Shown here: positions 14,051 through 27,898 of the stretch, piece by piece
Numbering within the stretch: the stretch's first letter is position 1
Layout of the letters: each line of letters opens with the position of its first letter
Assembly: GCF_006345805.1 (NCBI RefSeq)
Contig: NC_042999.1
Location: 78,244,001 to 78,308,000 of the forward strand
From: Octopus sinensis
Lineage: Eukaryota
Direction of reading: 5' to 3'
DNA length: 64,000 bases
Program-made: the position numbers and the translations under genes
Notes under the pieces: model-generated
Databases searched by the model: none
The model's input: only the letters and a program-made list of their open reading frames with translations
What the model was told of the DNA's origin: nothing

Positions 14051-16676
14051 ATTCTCATACTATTTTTTCTTTTCTTTTGAAATGTTTGGAGATGGTTTCA
14101 TTATCATATCAAGACTCTGCTCCATAAACTTAGAAACACAATTTAGTGTGGGTTCTTAGTTTGTGTGTCTTCTAGACTTTAGACAACGTGCTCATTACTT
14201 TATGTCCTCTGAGTTGAAAATGAGACACACACACACAAAAACAGTATAAACTTAAGTCAAAAATCCTAAAAGCACAATGTCTTTGATCCTGGAATTTTAA
14301 TTAATTTTCCTAATATTTTTAGTAAAATCAAAACCATTCTTTAAATAGTGACACAGTGACACTCAAAAGTATTTCACCATTTGTCTGTCAGACTGAATAT
14401 TTTTTATCATGTAACTCCACACTTACATTTATCACTAAATGATTTTTTTCTCCTTATGGCTTTTGCAATCTAACTCCACAATATAGATAAACCTTCCTTT
14501 CCTCCTAATATAATACAAGGTGAGTAAAGTTTATTTAAGTGTATGCATGCATGCATGTGTGTGTGTGTGTGGTGTGTGTGTGTGTGTGTGTGTGAAATAT
14601 TGGTGGTGATGGGCTTCTTTTCTTTCTCATTGCAAAGTTAACAATATATATTTTTTCTTCAATGACTTTTTTTTGTTGTCATCATTATCCTCCTCTTCCT
14701 TCACATGTACTTTTCTTCCTCCTTAATTTCTTCTTCTTCTGTACTTCTTTTTCTTTCTAGTTTAGTTGTTTTTTCTTTCCCTTCCCCCTTCTACCTGAAC
14801 CTTCTCTTTCCTCACCTTGTGTTCTTTACTCCTCTTCCTTCAGCAACAATATCTCCATACCTCCACTATCATCACCCTATCAACCAGAACACTTGTACTT
14901 TCTCTATTCAGCTGCTCTAGTAATAAAGATGTGTTCATTTATTGCTCTTAAAGGCAATGAGTATTCCACATTAGTAAGCAACAAAAAAGAGAAGTTAACC
15001 CATATTAACACTTACTCATGAAAACCACATGCATGGTATGATTACCTAGCAGTAAATAAAACAACAAAGCAGTGTTATTTAGTCATTTATACCCAGAAGA
15101 GCACAGCTAAAATCATCCAACATTGAAACATGCCAACAAGGAAGTTACATGTATAAATCAAAACCTATTCAATTGATCTCTCTCTCTCTATATATATATA
15201 TACTTTTATATATTCAGGATGAAGGCAAAACTGACTTTGACACAATTTGATCTCAGAGCAGAGAGCAGCTGAGCAAATATCATGAGACATTCTATGCAAT
15301 GCTTTAAAAACTATGTCAATTTGCTACCTATTCTTTCTTTGCTTTACTTCTTTCAGTCAGTGGACTGTGGCCATGCTGGGGCACTGCCTTGAAAGGTTTT
15401 AGTTAAACAAATCAACCTCATGAATAGGCTGTTCCATTAATTGAACCAACTGGTACTCTCATTGTCATAGCCAATGGAGTGCCAGTCATACACACACACA
15501 CACACTTGTGCATGATGGGCTCCTACATAGTTCCCATCTACCAGATTGATTCACAATGTGGTAGCAAATTGAGCTTCTTAACTACATAGCCATGCCGCTA
15601 TTTGTATTTATCTTCTTTTTCCTTTTTTGCATTCTAAATTTAAATCTCACCAAAGTCAATTTAGTCTTTCATCCTTTTGTGGTTAGTAAAGAATCCATTT
15701 AAGCTATTGGACTGGTGGAATTATTAGGGTACCAAAGTGTTAGTTCTATTAGGGTACTTTGTGATGTTAATTCTAGCTTGTTTGTATTCTGAGTTCAAAT
15801 CCTGCCATGGCACACCAAGCACCAAGAAAGGGATTAGAATCCCACTACCTTGCTATGTACATACCTGTAATTAACCATAGATGACATTAATGCAACCTGT
15901 GGTATGCAATATGCTGAGAGAAGACAATACCTAACAATTGTTTCTAATTTTGATGCAAGGCCAGTAATTTTGAGTGGGAGAAGAAAAGTCAGTTACATCA
16001 ACCACAGTACTTGAAAAGTATTTATTTATCAACCATCAAAGGATGAACAGCAAAGTTAACTTCGGCAGAATTGAAACTCGGAATGTAAAGAGTCAGTAGA
16101 AATACTGCAAAGCAATTTTTCCAACACTTTAACAATTCTGTTAGTTCCTTACATTAACCCTCAGCTGGTGAGAAAGAGTTGGATGAATGTGCATGCCAAA
16201 CAGGAAAAAGCAACAAAAAAAATCTCTTTCTTAAGGTTAATTGTTGTTATACTTATTTTCACTTTGAATAAGTACAAAAATCGTTAGTCTCTTGCACAAT
16301 GAAATTTACAATCTCATTGCCAAAAAATGTCATAAAATATTCACTTTCCTTTGATGATGGCCGAATCCATGTAAAATTTTTGAAACATCAATTGATGTCT
16401 GCTGATCTTTAATGCAACATCAACTGATGTCCACTAATTAAAGATTAATAATGGCTTCAAATTTTGGCAAAAGGTCAGCTATTTCAGGGGAGGGGCTAAG
16501 TTGATCACATCAGCCCCAGTGCTCAACAGGTACTTATTTTTATCAAACCCGGAAGGATGAAATGCAAAGTCAATCCCAGTGGAATTTGAACTCAAGAACA
16601 TAAGGACAGACAAAATGCCACTTAGCATTATTGCTTGGTGTGCTAATGATTTTGACAGCTCACCACCTTAATTTAA

Positions 16677-16900
16677 CTCTTTAGCATTTAATCTACCCTT
16701 ACATGGCCCAAATATTCTGCCTGTTTTATGTTAAAATTCACCAGATCCGACATCTCCCACCTACCCTACAATGTCATTCTAAAAATATACAGACACACAA
16801 TTGAAATCTTGAAACTATAAGATAATGCACGATTAATTCAAAACAATATGAATAAATAAATAAGCAATACATATGACAAAGAAATCTGAATGTTAAAAGG
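16677..16900 (+). mobile_element. piggyBac-like MITE relic (TTAA-ctctttagcatt ... aatgttaaaagg)
   Basis: TTAA at 16673-16676, degenerate TIRs; a homologous copy in opposite orientation at about 32659-32872. Confidence 0.5.
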
Positions 16901-16988
16901 CTATGGGTTAATAATAATATTGAGGGTACTTAACAGTGAAGTTATAGAGCTAAATAAGTAAAGTGTTTTTAATATGAGGACCAATGAA

Positions 16989-17206
16989 GGCGGCAAGCTG
17001 GCAGAAAAGTTAGCATGCCCGGTGAAATGCATAGCAGTATTTCATGTCTTATGTTCTGAGTTCAAATTCCACTGAGGTCAGCTTTGCCTTTCATCCTCTC
17101 GAGGTCGATAAATTAAGTACCAGTTGCATACTGGGGGTTGATCTAATCGATTGGTACCCACCTCCCCCAAAATTTTGTGCCTTGTGCCTAGAGTAGGAAA
17201 GAAAAT
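16989..17206 (+). mobile_element. tRNA-derived SINE (family with ...ttctgagttcaaatt...gcctttcatcct...gtcgataaattaagtacc...)
   Basis: A-box/B-box-like head, conserved central domain; many copies in window (e.g. about 15940-16170, 16440-16670, 22100-22350, 61826-62022, 62500-62670). Confidence 0.8.
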
Positions 17207-20200
17207 GCGGCCCAATTAAAGCAATGGGTTCATTTGTCCTCAAAGTCAGTCCTGTATGTATAGAAATGTATTGTAAGTTTCACATGAGAGATGTGTTCTA
17301 GGAATATCTGTGGTTATACAAATTCTTGAGATAACTTTCAAGAAACCAAAGTGACAGAAGAATTTGTCTGATAAAACCAGAAGACATTTTGGTTTAGCCT
17401 GAAATAATTAATTAGGAACTTTATCATATCTCCTCAGATCAAGCTAACTATTAAAAAAAAATGTCTAAAAATATTATAAATCCATTTTTTTTAGAAAAGA
17501 TATTATTTGTATGTATGTATGTATGTATGTGTGTGTACATGCATGAATGCATGTATATATGTGAGTAGTGTGTATAAGGAAACACATACATGAACATAAA
17601 CACACAATACAAAAACATCAAATAATTATGCAGTACGTAAAAAAAAAAGAAGAAAAATGGAAGTAGAAATGCAGGAAGCAAACAAGTTCAGAAGGGGAGA
17701 ATGAATGAGAGAGTGAGAGAGAGAGTATGTGTGAAAGAGAAAGAGAGAGAGAAGGAAAACATAGAAGAAATAAAGACATACAGAAGTATCTCTGGAATTT
17801 CACACAGAGCATGGTTTTTACAATGTATATCTTTATACAAAATAAATGTTAGCATTTCATAAAAAAGGCACTGTTTCAATTTGTGAAATTATTTAGTTTT
17901 ATTATTTTTTGTTATATATATGTATGTATTTACTTATTTATTTGGTGCCACACCAAATCTTCAGCAATGGATATTTAAATGAATGTCTTTCTATCATATA
18001 TTTCCTGGATATCAAGTTATATTGACTCTTGAGACTTATCATTTCCACCAACTTTGCCCTTAATGAACTGGTGGGAGAGACTCTGGTTGATTGCTTGATC
18101 TGCTTGAAACAGTAGTAACATCTCCCTCAAATCACACCATATTATCTTAAAAAAGAGTTCGGACATTTGGGACAATGTAATCAAAGATATACTTTAAGTG
18201 TAGGCATGGCTTGCTTGGGTTCAGTTCCACTGCACAGCAATAGCTCTGGGTCAACTAATGCCTTGCAAATGAATTAGGAAAATATGAACTGTGTGGAAGC
18301 TTGTCATGTATATGTATCTCTGTCTTTGCATTTGTCCTATCACTGCCATTTGACAACCCATGCTGGTTTGTTTATGTCCCCCAGACCAACAGAATAAGTA
18401 CCTGACTCAACAAAATTCATACTGAGGTTGATTTGTTCAACTAAAACCTTTCAAAATTGTGTCACAGCATGGCTGCAGTCCAGAGACCGAAACAAATGAA
18501 AGAAAGAGTGAGATGGAATGGTCTGTTATGCTTGGAATGCCTTTGATCATAGGCTCACTTGAGACCAAAAACAAGAACAATGTCATCACTGAATATTAGT
18601 TTTTGTTGTTGTTTCTTTACTAGTCACAAAAGAAAATAAAGTATGAAAACTTATGAACCAAATTAAGTACTCAATAGTGGTGGTGCTCAGCACTGTGATA
18701 TTGATGAGTGTTCCAGTAGTTCATTGTTGTGTTCAGCTTTTCCTGTGGGCAACATTGTTCATAGATGAACCAAATCTCCCTCTAATGTATACCTAGTGAT
18801 ACTTACATTTATAAAAAAGATGGTCATCGTTATAATGTCTTTGATCAAAAGTCTGTTAAATGAGGTAAGATCAGGGTTTAAATACTAATATAGTTTGGAG
18901 ATGTTCTTGCTCAAATACAATGCATGGAGGCAAAGTCTTCAGCAAAAAGCTTTGATGGATTAAGGCCATCACTACCACTGCTACCGTCAACACAGTCTCT
19001 ACAGGATATAATTAAAAGAATACATCTATTTTTGCTACGTATACTTAATGGATATCAGTAAGCTGTTGGTAGTGTCAGATGAGGCCAAACAGTTGACAGT
19101 CTGTATGTTGTCATAAGGGTTCCCCTACAACAATTGCTAAAATGTTTAAACCTCCAATAGTTTGATCCACTTAATTCCCTTGTGGCCTAAGAATCAGTGT
19201 CTGACATGAACCATTATGGATGTTCAGTAGGAGTACAACTATAAATAGTTTGTCTTGTGCCTAGAGTAGAAAAGAATTTGTCTTATAAGAAGGGTGAAAT
19301 AAGATGTGATGTTCCAGACCTTTCCAATGGCATGGTTTGTATGATTAAAACATTTGCATTGCAACCATGAAATTACTAGTTCAATTTCACTACATAAATT
19401 TGGACAAATCTTTTACCATTGACTCAAGATTGGCCCATCTGTGAATGAAATTTGGAAGATGGAAACTACAGAAGCCCATCATAGAAACACACACACGCAC
19501 AAGGTGAACGTTGCAAAGATGACAAAAATAGCAAAAGACTGCAACCTGATATGATGCAGGAGAAAACATATCTGACCATTGAAAGTTTAGAAAATGGACA
19601 AAAAATGATGATGACTTGTTTTTTGGTTTTTTTTATGGAAAGACAAAGTCAACTTCATTGGGGTTCAAACTTAAAATGAAAAGAAGAATGTAATTAAATA
19701 CTGCAAAGGATTTAGTCTAACACTAAGATTTCTACTACTCCACTGTTTACCATTTTTAATTAATAATGATTTCCTACATTATAATGGAGTTAAATTTTGG
19801 GAGTGGGGAGAAGTCAAATGAACTCCAGTTTAATTTAAATTCAGTGTATAGATTTGGTTTTTATATTGCAATAGTGTTGTTTGTTCCCGGTTTCCAGAAC
19901 TACTTTGATTGCCATTTATGTTTAACTTCATTTCCTGCTCCAGGAATAATGTTTCCACTTAATAGTGAAGCTTTCTTTCCAAATCACCACTCTTTAAATA
20001 GAATGTGCAAATAAAATCTGTTTGTGTTTATCTAGTAAGGGAGAAAGTGTCAGCTGATCAGAACAACTGATTTTGCCAATGGCTCCAACATCTATACAAC
20101 ACTGATAGAGTGCCTCAAGAGACAGTACTGGCACATTCACATTCCATTTTACTATCACATGCTTGTAGCTGAAGATACAGAAAGGTATCACATTTGCAGA

Positions 20201-20879
20201 CAATCCATCCCCAATGACAGTGTGTCTGCATGAAATTTTCCCACATACGGAAAAAGTTGCTTAATATTTTTGTATACATTAGTGTTGTGCCATGTAAAAA
20301 AAGTGCTCAGTACACTCTGTGAAGTGGTTGGCATTAAGAAGGGCACCCAACCATAGAATCCATGCCAAAGCTAGTGATTGGAGCCTGGTGTAGCTCTTCT
20401 GTGCCTGTCAAACTGTCCAACACATAAAAAATGGATGTTAAGTGATGATGATAACAAGTGTTATCTTTCATAGCTGTCTGTTTTAGAGGTTTTGTGGTAC
20501 AGAGTTTTATTTTTATTCCTTCCCAGTTCAATGTCTTTTGTTGGCTTTAAAATTCAGCTCTCAAGCTTTCTTTCCAGGTAACTGCAAAGACAAGAAATGA
20601 TGGTTGTTAAGGCAAATCTTGTAGTACCTCACTTCCCTAGTCCATTGCATTGCTTTAAGGATTGAGTAGCAAAACTTTCTCTTTTGTATCTCTATCATAC
20701 ACCTCATTTCTCCTAATTAAAATTCTTTGTCACAGGAAGAGTTGTATATGTGTTGTTCTCCACAGAAGAGGTGATACAAAAAACAGAAGAACAGCAGTCC
20801 TCTCCTATGTCTATTAAGATATGAATTGCACCTTTTCATGACTCTGCTGCATCAACATATATTGTTTAAAGTTTTTTTT

Positions 20880-21567
20880 TCATGGATGGATGAGGAGAGA
20901 TGTGTGAAGAAATGCCACTCCCAAACAGTTGAGGGAATCCGGGGTAGAAGTAGACATAAGATGAGGTGGTCAAGCATGACCTTCGAACGCTGGGCTTCAC
21001 AGAGGCAATGAAGAAAGACCGAGACCTCTGAAGATATGCTGTGACTGCGAAGACCCGACAAATAACATGAGTTCATGGCTGTTTCCTGCACCAACTTCAC
21101 ATAGCAACCCCAGCTCATCCAAAGTACCTTGGATTGCAGGACAGCCTGCTGTGCTTACCTTGGATCATAGGGCGACCTGCTGTGCTTGAGGAGACCTATT
21201 GAGTCAAGTAAATCAACATCAAAATAAAAATCAAATGGAAATTGTAGTTGTGATACCTGTGCCAGTGGCACGTAAAAAGCACCATCCGAATGTGGCCGCT
21301 ACCAGCACCATCTTGACTGGCTTCCATGCCGGTGGCATGTAAAAGCACCAACTATTTGTGGCTGTTGCCAGCCTCCCCTGGCACCTGTGCCAGTAGCACG
21401 TAAAAAGCACCCACTACACTCACGGAGTGGTTGGTGTTAGGAAGGGCATCCAGCTGTAGAAACACTGCCAGATCAGACTGGTGCAGCCTCCAGGCTTCCC
21501 AGACCCCAGTCGAACCGTCCAACCCATGCTAGCATGGAAAATAGATGTTAAACGATGATGATGATGA
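20880..21567 (+). mobile_element. RTE-type LINE 3' end with tandem-repeat 3' UTR and (ATG)n tail
   Basis: WMDEERCVKKC..VEG.RGR.R..W C-terminus, then the family 3' UTR ending ccatgctagcatggaaa...aaacgatgatgatgatgat. Confidence 0.85.
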
Positions 21568-23990
21568 TATTGTTGTTGAGTCAGCCCTATTTGAATACGT
21601 CAATGATCAGTCATAACCATCCGGGTTTTTTGTTCAGTCATGGTGCAGCTTGGACTACATTATCTAGAGTTCATATGATGGTATGGTGTGATTTGAAGAT
21701 CTGGCTGTCATTTTTAGCAGCTCAAGCAACAACAAAGACTCTCTCATTGGCTTCTTGTATTCCTGTTTCCTTCGTCATGGTAGTTGTGGGTGTTTTTGTG
21801 GTATAAGCAACTGGATTGAATTCCTTGGGGATGAAGTATAAAAAAAAGCAACAACTTCTTTGTTGTCTTCTCTTGCAGTCACTACTAAACAGAAAAACAA
21901 ACTTGTACATTGTGACCCCAGCACATCTCCTACCCATACACATGAGATGACATGAACCAAAGACCATGGAAAGGAAGATTTCTTCACTTTGCCATCAATC
22001 TTTCAAGAAGGCAGAAAGGAAAATAATAGAACATTATTTTATTTATAATTTTTACTTTTCAAGGAGTGATAATATTTTTCATGCCAGAATATTTGGAGTT
22101 AGAGTGCAGTTGACCTTAATTCTAATTTTGGCGCAAGGCCAGCAATTGTTTTTAGGTGTGTACGATCGTGGGGATTGATATTGACTAATACTACCCTAGT
22201 GCTTGACTGGTACTTTATTTCATTGACTTCAGAGGGAATGACAGGCAAAAACTGAATGTAACAGGATTTGAATTCAGAATGTAGTGAACCAGAACAAATA
22301 CTGCAAGGTAATTTTTCTTATATTCTAGCAAGTTTGCCAATCCACCACTCTATTCTCTCATCTATTAAATTATTAAATTTACGAACTAATTTAACACTGT
22401 CCAAACCTTTACTATTTCTACTAGGTTGATGGTTGTGAAAAGGCACCATGACAAAAATTATGACATAGCTGATTGAGTCAACAATACTTGAAAGACACTG
22501 TATTTTACCAACCCTGGCAGTCTACCTCAGTAGAATTTGAACTGAAAGCATATTACCCTTTTAAAAATAATAATAATTGTTTCTGATTTAAGTACAAGAC
22601 TAACAATTTTGAGATGTGTGTGGGGGGGATTGTTATCATCAGTCCCAGTACTTGACAAATTTTATCAAATTTGCTAGAATGAAAGACAAAGATGATCTCA
22701 GGCATATAATCCCATTTTGAGTGTCATCTATCATCTGCTTAGTTGGATCAACTCCTGTGAGTGAAATTAGGTACACAGAAACTACGTGGAAGGTTGTCAT
22801 ATATAACATGTAATACATTTCAACCGAATTATCTCCCCTTAAAATGGTCCAAAGTGTACATCAACATATCCCAGGAGATCAGGGATATGAATATTGAAGT
22901 CTGAGGTTAGTTTGTTCATTTATAACCCTTTAATGTTGTCTAACCTGTGCCAGAATGAAAGAAAAGTGGATGTAGAAATGATTGTCATTATCCATTTCAG
23001 ATAAATTGAGAAAAAAAAAATTTTTTTTCAATGGACATATCCTGGTTAGTAGAAAAGGAACATCATAAAATGGTTGGTATCAGAAGGGCCGTCTAGCTGT
23101 AAAACATTGCCTTAATAATGTCCCCAATCAGCCCATGCCAACATTGAGAAAGCAGATGTGAAAACGGTGACTATGACAATATAATTCACATACTATTTAT
23201 GTGCTAATATTTGTTGTACTGCATATAAACAACAGCTAGTGAACAAGAACACTAGATTAGTGTGAGCAAAAGTGTTCTGGAATACATAACCACAGCCGGT
23301 AGATGGCAGAAACAGAAGAGCACTGGACAGAATGGTTGCAGTGTTATGATCTCTTTTTTTTTTTTTTTTCCTTTTTCTAAGTTTAAATTTCAAGTTGTTC
23401 TTTCATCCTTTGGGGTTGACTAAGTGATTACTACTCAAGTTCTGGAGTCAATTTAGCTGTACCCACCTGCAAATGAGAAATCTATGAAAGGTCAATGTGT
23501 TGTTAAAACCAGTAGGTCATGAAAATCAATTATTGTTAACATCATCATCATCATCGTTTAACGTTTTCTATGCTAGCATGGGCAGGACAGAATCTGTATC
23601 ATTGACAATTTGTCAAATCCCCTAAATCATATGATAGGTAAATTTATATTTTCTATTAATGTTTTGTACTAGAAATTGATGCAGTTAAGAGAGAATTACA
23701 TGTAATATTGGGTCCAAACCAAGTTTATATTAGTTTTACTTGATACCTATGATAATTCTGTATTCCAGGTTCACTCCCAGTGCGTGGCACATTGGGCAAT
23801 TATCTTTTACTATAGTCCTGGTTCAACCTACACAAGTTAATGTGTGAAAAACAAAATAGGAATTTTGAAAGAAGTTTCTATAAAACTAGTTTTAAACATC
23901 AAATGGCTATGGGGGTCCACCTAAATAAAATAATAATCAAAGGGGTCCATAGATATAAAAAATGGTCAAGAACCTCTAGTTTAGATCATT

Positions 23991-25170
23991 TTCATCATCA
24001 TCACTTAACATCCGTTTTCCATGCTAGCAAGGATTGGATGGTTCAACCGGCATCTGGGAAGCCAGGAGGCTGCACTAGGCTCCAGTCTGATCTGGCAGTG
24101 TTTCTACAGCTCGATGCCCTTCCTAACACCAACCACTCTGGGAGTGTAGTGGGTGCTTTTTATGTGCCACTGGCACAGGGACCAGAGGAGGCTGGCAATA
24201 GCCACGATTGGTTGGTGCTTTTTATGTGCCGCTGGCATGGAAGCCAGTAAAGGTGGCGCTGGCATCGGCCACGTTCAGATGGTACTTTTTACGTTTCCAC
24301 CAGCACGGGTATCACAGCTACAATTTCCATTTCATTTTCATTTCGATGTTGATGTATTTGACTCAATAGGTCTCCTCAAATACAGCAGGTCGCCCTATGG
24401 TCCAAGGTACTTTTGAATGGGCTGGGGCTGGTTATGCGAAAGTGGTGTAGGATACAGCCGTGAGCTCACTTTATTTGCTGGGTCTTTGCAGTCACAGCAT
24501 ATCTCCAGAAGTCTCGGTCTTTCGTCATTGTCGCTGTAAGGCCCAAAGTTCAAAGGTCATGCTTGACCACCTCATCCCGTCTTCCTGGGTCTACCTCTAC
24601 TCTGGATTCCTTCAACTCTTTGGGAGTGGCACTTCTTCACACATCTCTCCTCATCCATCTGGTACATGACCAGATAGATGAGGAGAGCCTGGTACATGAC
24701 CATACCAGTGCAAACGTCCAACATTTCTCTCAGGGCGCTTACACTCTGTCGTGTGTGCAAGCTGACATTACACATCCAGCAGATCATGCTAGCTTCATTT
24801 CTTTCAAGCCTATGCATGTCCTCCGCAGTCACATTTCACTGCTGTGAAATATGGCAGTTTGCACACTTGCATCGTACAATCTAGCTTTCACACTGAGCAA
24901 GAATCCCTTTGTTGCCAGTAGGGATAGAAACTTTCTAAATTTTGCCCAGGCTATTCTTATTTTAGTGGTAACACTCTCTGAGCATCCACCCCGACTACTA
25001 ACTTGGTTACCTAGGTAGCAGAAGCTATCAACTACTTCTAGTTTCTCCCCCTAGGGTGTGATGGAATCTGTTTTCTGAGCATCTGTGGTGTTTATCACCC
25101 CTGTGCATCTGCCACACATGAAAGCTATCTTCTCAGTTAATCTTCCTTTGATGTTGCTTCACCTCTTATG
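23991..25170 (-). mobile_element. RTE-type LINE 3' part (RT C-terminus plus 3' UTR plus tail)
   Basis: MTAEDMHRLERNEASMICWMCNV...RGRPRKT on the minus strand; (CAT)n at the left end. Confidence 0.88.
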
Positions 25171-26026
25171 TGTCCATAGCGTGTGGCCTTGTACCAATGG
25201 GCAAAATCTTTAATTCTTTACATTCTGAGTTTAAATCTGGTGGTGTCGACATTGTACTTCACCTTTCCCAGATCAACAACCAAAAACAAAAAAAAAAAAA
25301 AGCTGTGGACAACTTAGTCAACTCTTCTTCCTAATAAAAGTGTGGTTTTGTGTCAACATAGAAAATCACTATTTTAGCTGTCACTTCCTTTATGTTCCAA
25401 ATCAAATTCGGTCTTCGTCAACTTCACTTTTCCTTCTTTCAATGATGATAAAATAAGTTATTTACTAAGTACAGGGATCAAAATTTGTGACTGTGCCAAA
25501 GCCGGAAATCAATAACAGGAGAGCAAGTTTTCTCAATGACTTAACCATTTATGCAATCTCTTAACATTCTTTGAGATCATATTAGTTGCTTCTTTATTCT
25601 TTTACTGTTTTCAGTTGGGAAAGTCACCACTATTAATCAAAGAGGTTTTTGCTTTTTTTCTTATAATTAGGCCTACAATGTTTGCAACCGCATAGCATCC
25701 CTTACAGATGAACGGAATCCTGAAGTAGGGCATATTTGCACTTTCTTAGTAAAGGTGGGTTGTACATTTTTTTTCAGCTGATGTATTTTCTCATATTGAG
25801 GTAACTGTAGTTTTAGATATATTACAAGGTCTAGAAATCAAAGGTTGGAAGACCTAATGCTGTTGTTTAATAAGTATAGTTATTGTGTACTGGTATTGTT
25901 GAATGAAACCAGATATTCCTATCAACTCAATAATCTGAGTGTTCAAGATAAATGAAGGTAAATAAAATTGACAAGTATTCTATGTCCAAAACAAAATTCC
26001 TCAAGATAAACCCCAACCCTAATGAA

Positions 26027-26567
26027 ATCATCATCATCATCATCATTTAACGTCTGCTTTCCATGCTAGCATGGGTTGGACGGTTCAACTGGGGTCTGGG
26101 GAGCCCGAAGGCTGCACCAGGCCAGTCAGATCTGGCAGTGTTTCTACAGCTGGATGCCCTTCCTAATGCCAACCACTCCGAGAGTGTAGTGGGTGATTTT
26201 ATGTGCCACCGACACAGGTGCCAGACGAGGCTGGCGAACGGCCACGCTCGGATGGTGTTTTTTATGTGCCACCGACACAGGTGCCAGATGAGGCTGGCGA
26301 ACGGCCACGATCGGATGGTGTTTGTTACGTGCCCACAGAACGGAGGCCAGTCGATGCGGTACTGGCTACGGCCACGTTCAGATGGTTTTCTTGTGTGCCA
26401 CCGGCACTGGTACCACAAAGATACAAATTCCATTGATGTTCATCTATTTTGATTTGTTTTGATTTTCACTTGCCTCAACAGGTCTTCACAAGTGTCACAA
26501 GAAGGAAGGTATGCACAGGTGGACTGACTACGTCCCAGGTAGGGGCCACGGGTTATGGCCTGACTAG
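26027..26567 (-). mobile_element. Young 5'-truncated RTE-family insertion (3' UTR only) with about 61-bp internal tandem units (A-A-B-C)
   Basis: (CAT)n tail, CpG-rich, near-identical to 35544-36465. Confidence 0.85.
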
Positions 26568-26654
26568 GAATTTCCAAGAGAAAACAAGCTTTAGTAATTT
26601 CCTGTTTTATTCAGAAACACAGAACTTAGTACGATAATTAATAACACATTTTAC

Positions 26655-27070
26655 CCTCTTATACGAGTGAGATCGTTGCCAGAGCAACAAGCTGGCCTCT
26701 GTGCCGATGGCATGTTAAAAACACCATTCAAGCGTGATCGTTACCTGTGTTGCCTTACTAGCACTTGTGCTGGTGGCACGTGAGAAAACATTCGAGCGAG
26801 GTCGTTGCCAGTGCCACTGGACTGGCTCCTGTGCAGGTGGCACATAAAAAGCACCATTTGAGCATGGCCTGACTGGCTCTCGTGCCGGTGGCACATAAAA
26901 GCACCCACTACACTCTTGGAGTGGTTGGCGTTAGGAAGGGCATCCAGCCGAAGAAACTCTGCCAGATCCGATTGTAGTCTGGTGCAGCCATCTGGTTCAC
27001 CAGACCTCAGTCAACTCGTCCAACCCATGCTAGCATGGAAAGCGGACCTTAAATAATGATGATGATGATG
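26655..27070 (+). mobile_element. Older RTE-family 3' UTR copy with (ATG)n tail
   Basis: aaaagcacccactacactc...ccatgctagcatggaaagcggac...atgatgatgatg. Confidence 0.75.
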
Positions 27071-27898
27071 AGAATGGTGGTTTGGTAGAAACAATGGTGA
27101 TAGACAAAATGTCTTGCAGTATATACGTACATTCTTTATATTATCAATTGAGAGAGAGAGAGAAAGAGAGAGATAAGTAACATTGATTAATTGTAGAAAA
27201 TATTTTAATATTTCATACAAAATAAAACTTAAAAAAAAAAAAGAAAAATAGTATAAGGTTTTGCAATTATTAACCTTTTAAAAGATCATGTGCTGACTAC
27301 TATATCTATTTTCAATAGTAGTAAGAACCAAGGTCTCAAATACATTTACAAGTAGAAGCAGCCAATTACAAGTTTTTTTCTTTTTTTTTTTATTTGTGAT
27401 TTTTTTCGTTGATGGATGCAACATATTTCTTTTGTTTTTTTTTAAATCTTTTTTGTTTTCAATTAATTTTCTGTTACTCCAGTTCATTTCTTATTGACTA
27501 ATAATTACATCAACAAAAATAACCCTGATTCAGCAATTTGGACTGTACAAAGTGGAGGTTTGAAAACAAAGCAAGTTTAAAGAAGGAAAGAGAAAGAATA
27601 ATTTTATTTTACCTTTCTGGCTTAGCTTGATTTCTGTAATTAAAGACACTAGTTTTTATTTCTACACCCTGCCCACTGGAGAAGTGCACTGAAAGTTAGG
27701 AGAAATGTAGTAAAATACCAATAGCAAGTTAATCGACCAGCAATTGATGTGTATTCACAATTACATAATTCCATTTGCTATTAAATACTGAGCTTATGTG
27801 CAAAACTAGAGAAAAAATAGAATTAGAAGTGAAAAAAAAGAGAACGGGTTAGTTCTGATTCTTTTAACTTTAAGATCACAGTAAGATTTCAATCATAG

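Noticed and set aside
14487-14519. 33-bp plus-strand exon candidate with AAG|GTGAGT donor
   Set aside because: Weak acceptor and no credible neighbouring exon; expected by chance.
15865-15913. 49-bp minus-strand exon candidate
   Set aside because: Its phase 2 end would hit an immediate stop in the 15016-15045 candidate and does not fit the 10347 candidate.
16989-17080. tRNA-like A/B boxes (and similar sites elsewhere)
   Set aside because: SINE heads; no complete cloverleaf.
21879-21955. Strong plus-strand acceptor followed by a short frame and stop
   Set aside because: No supporting upstream exon and no recognisable peptide.
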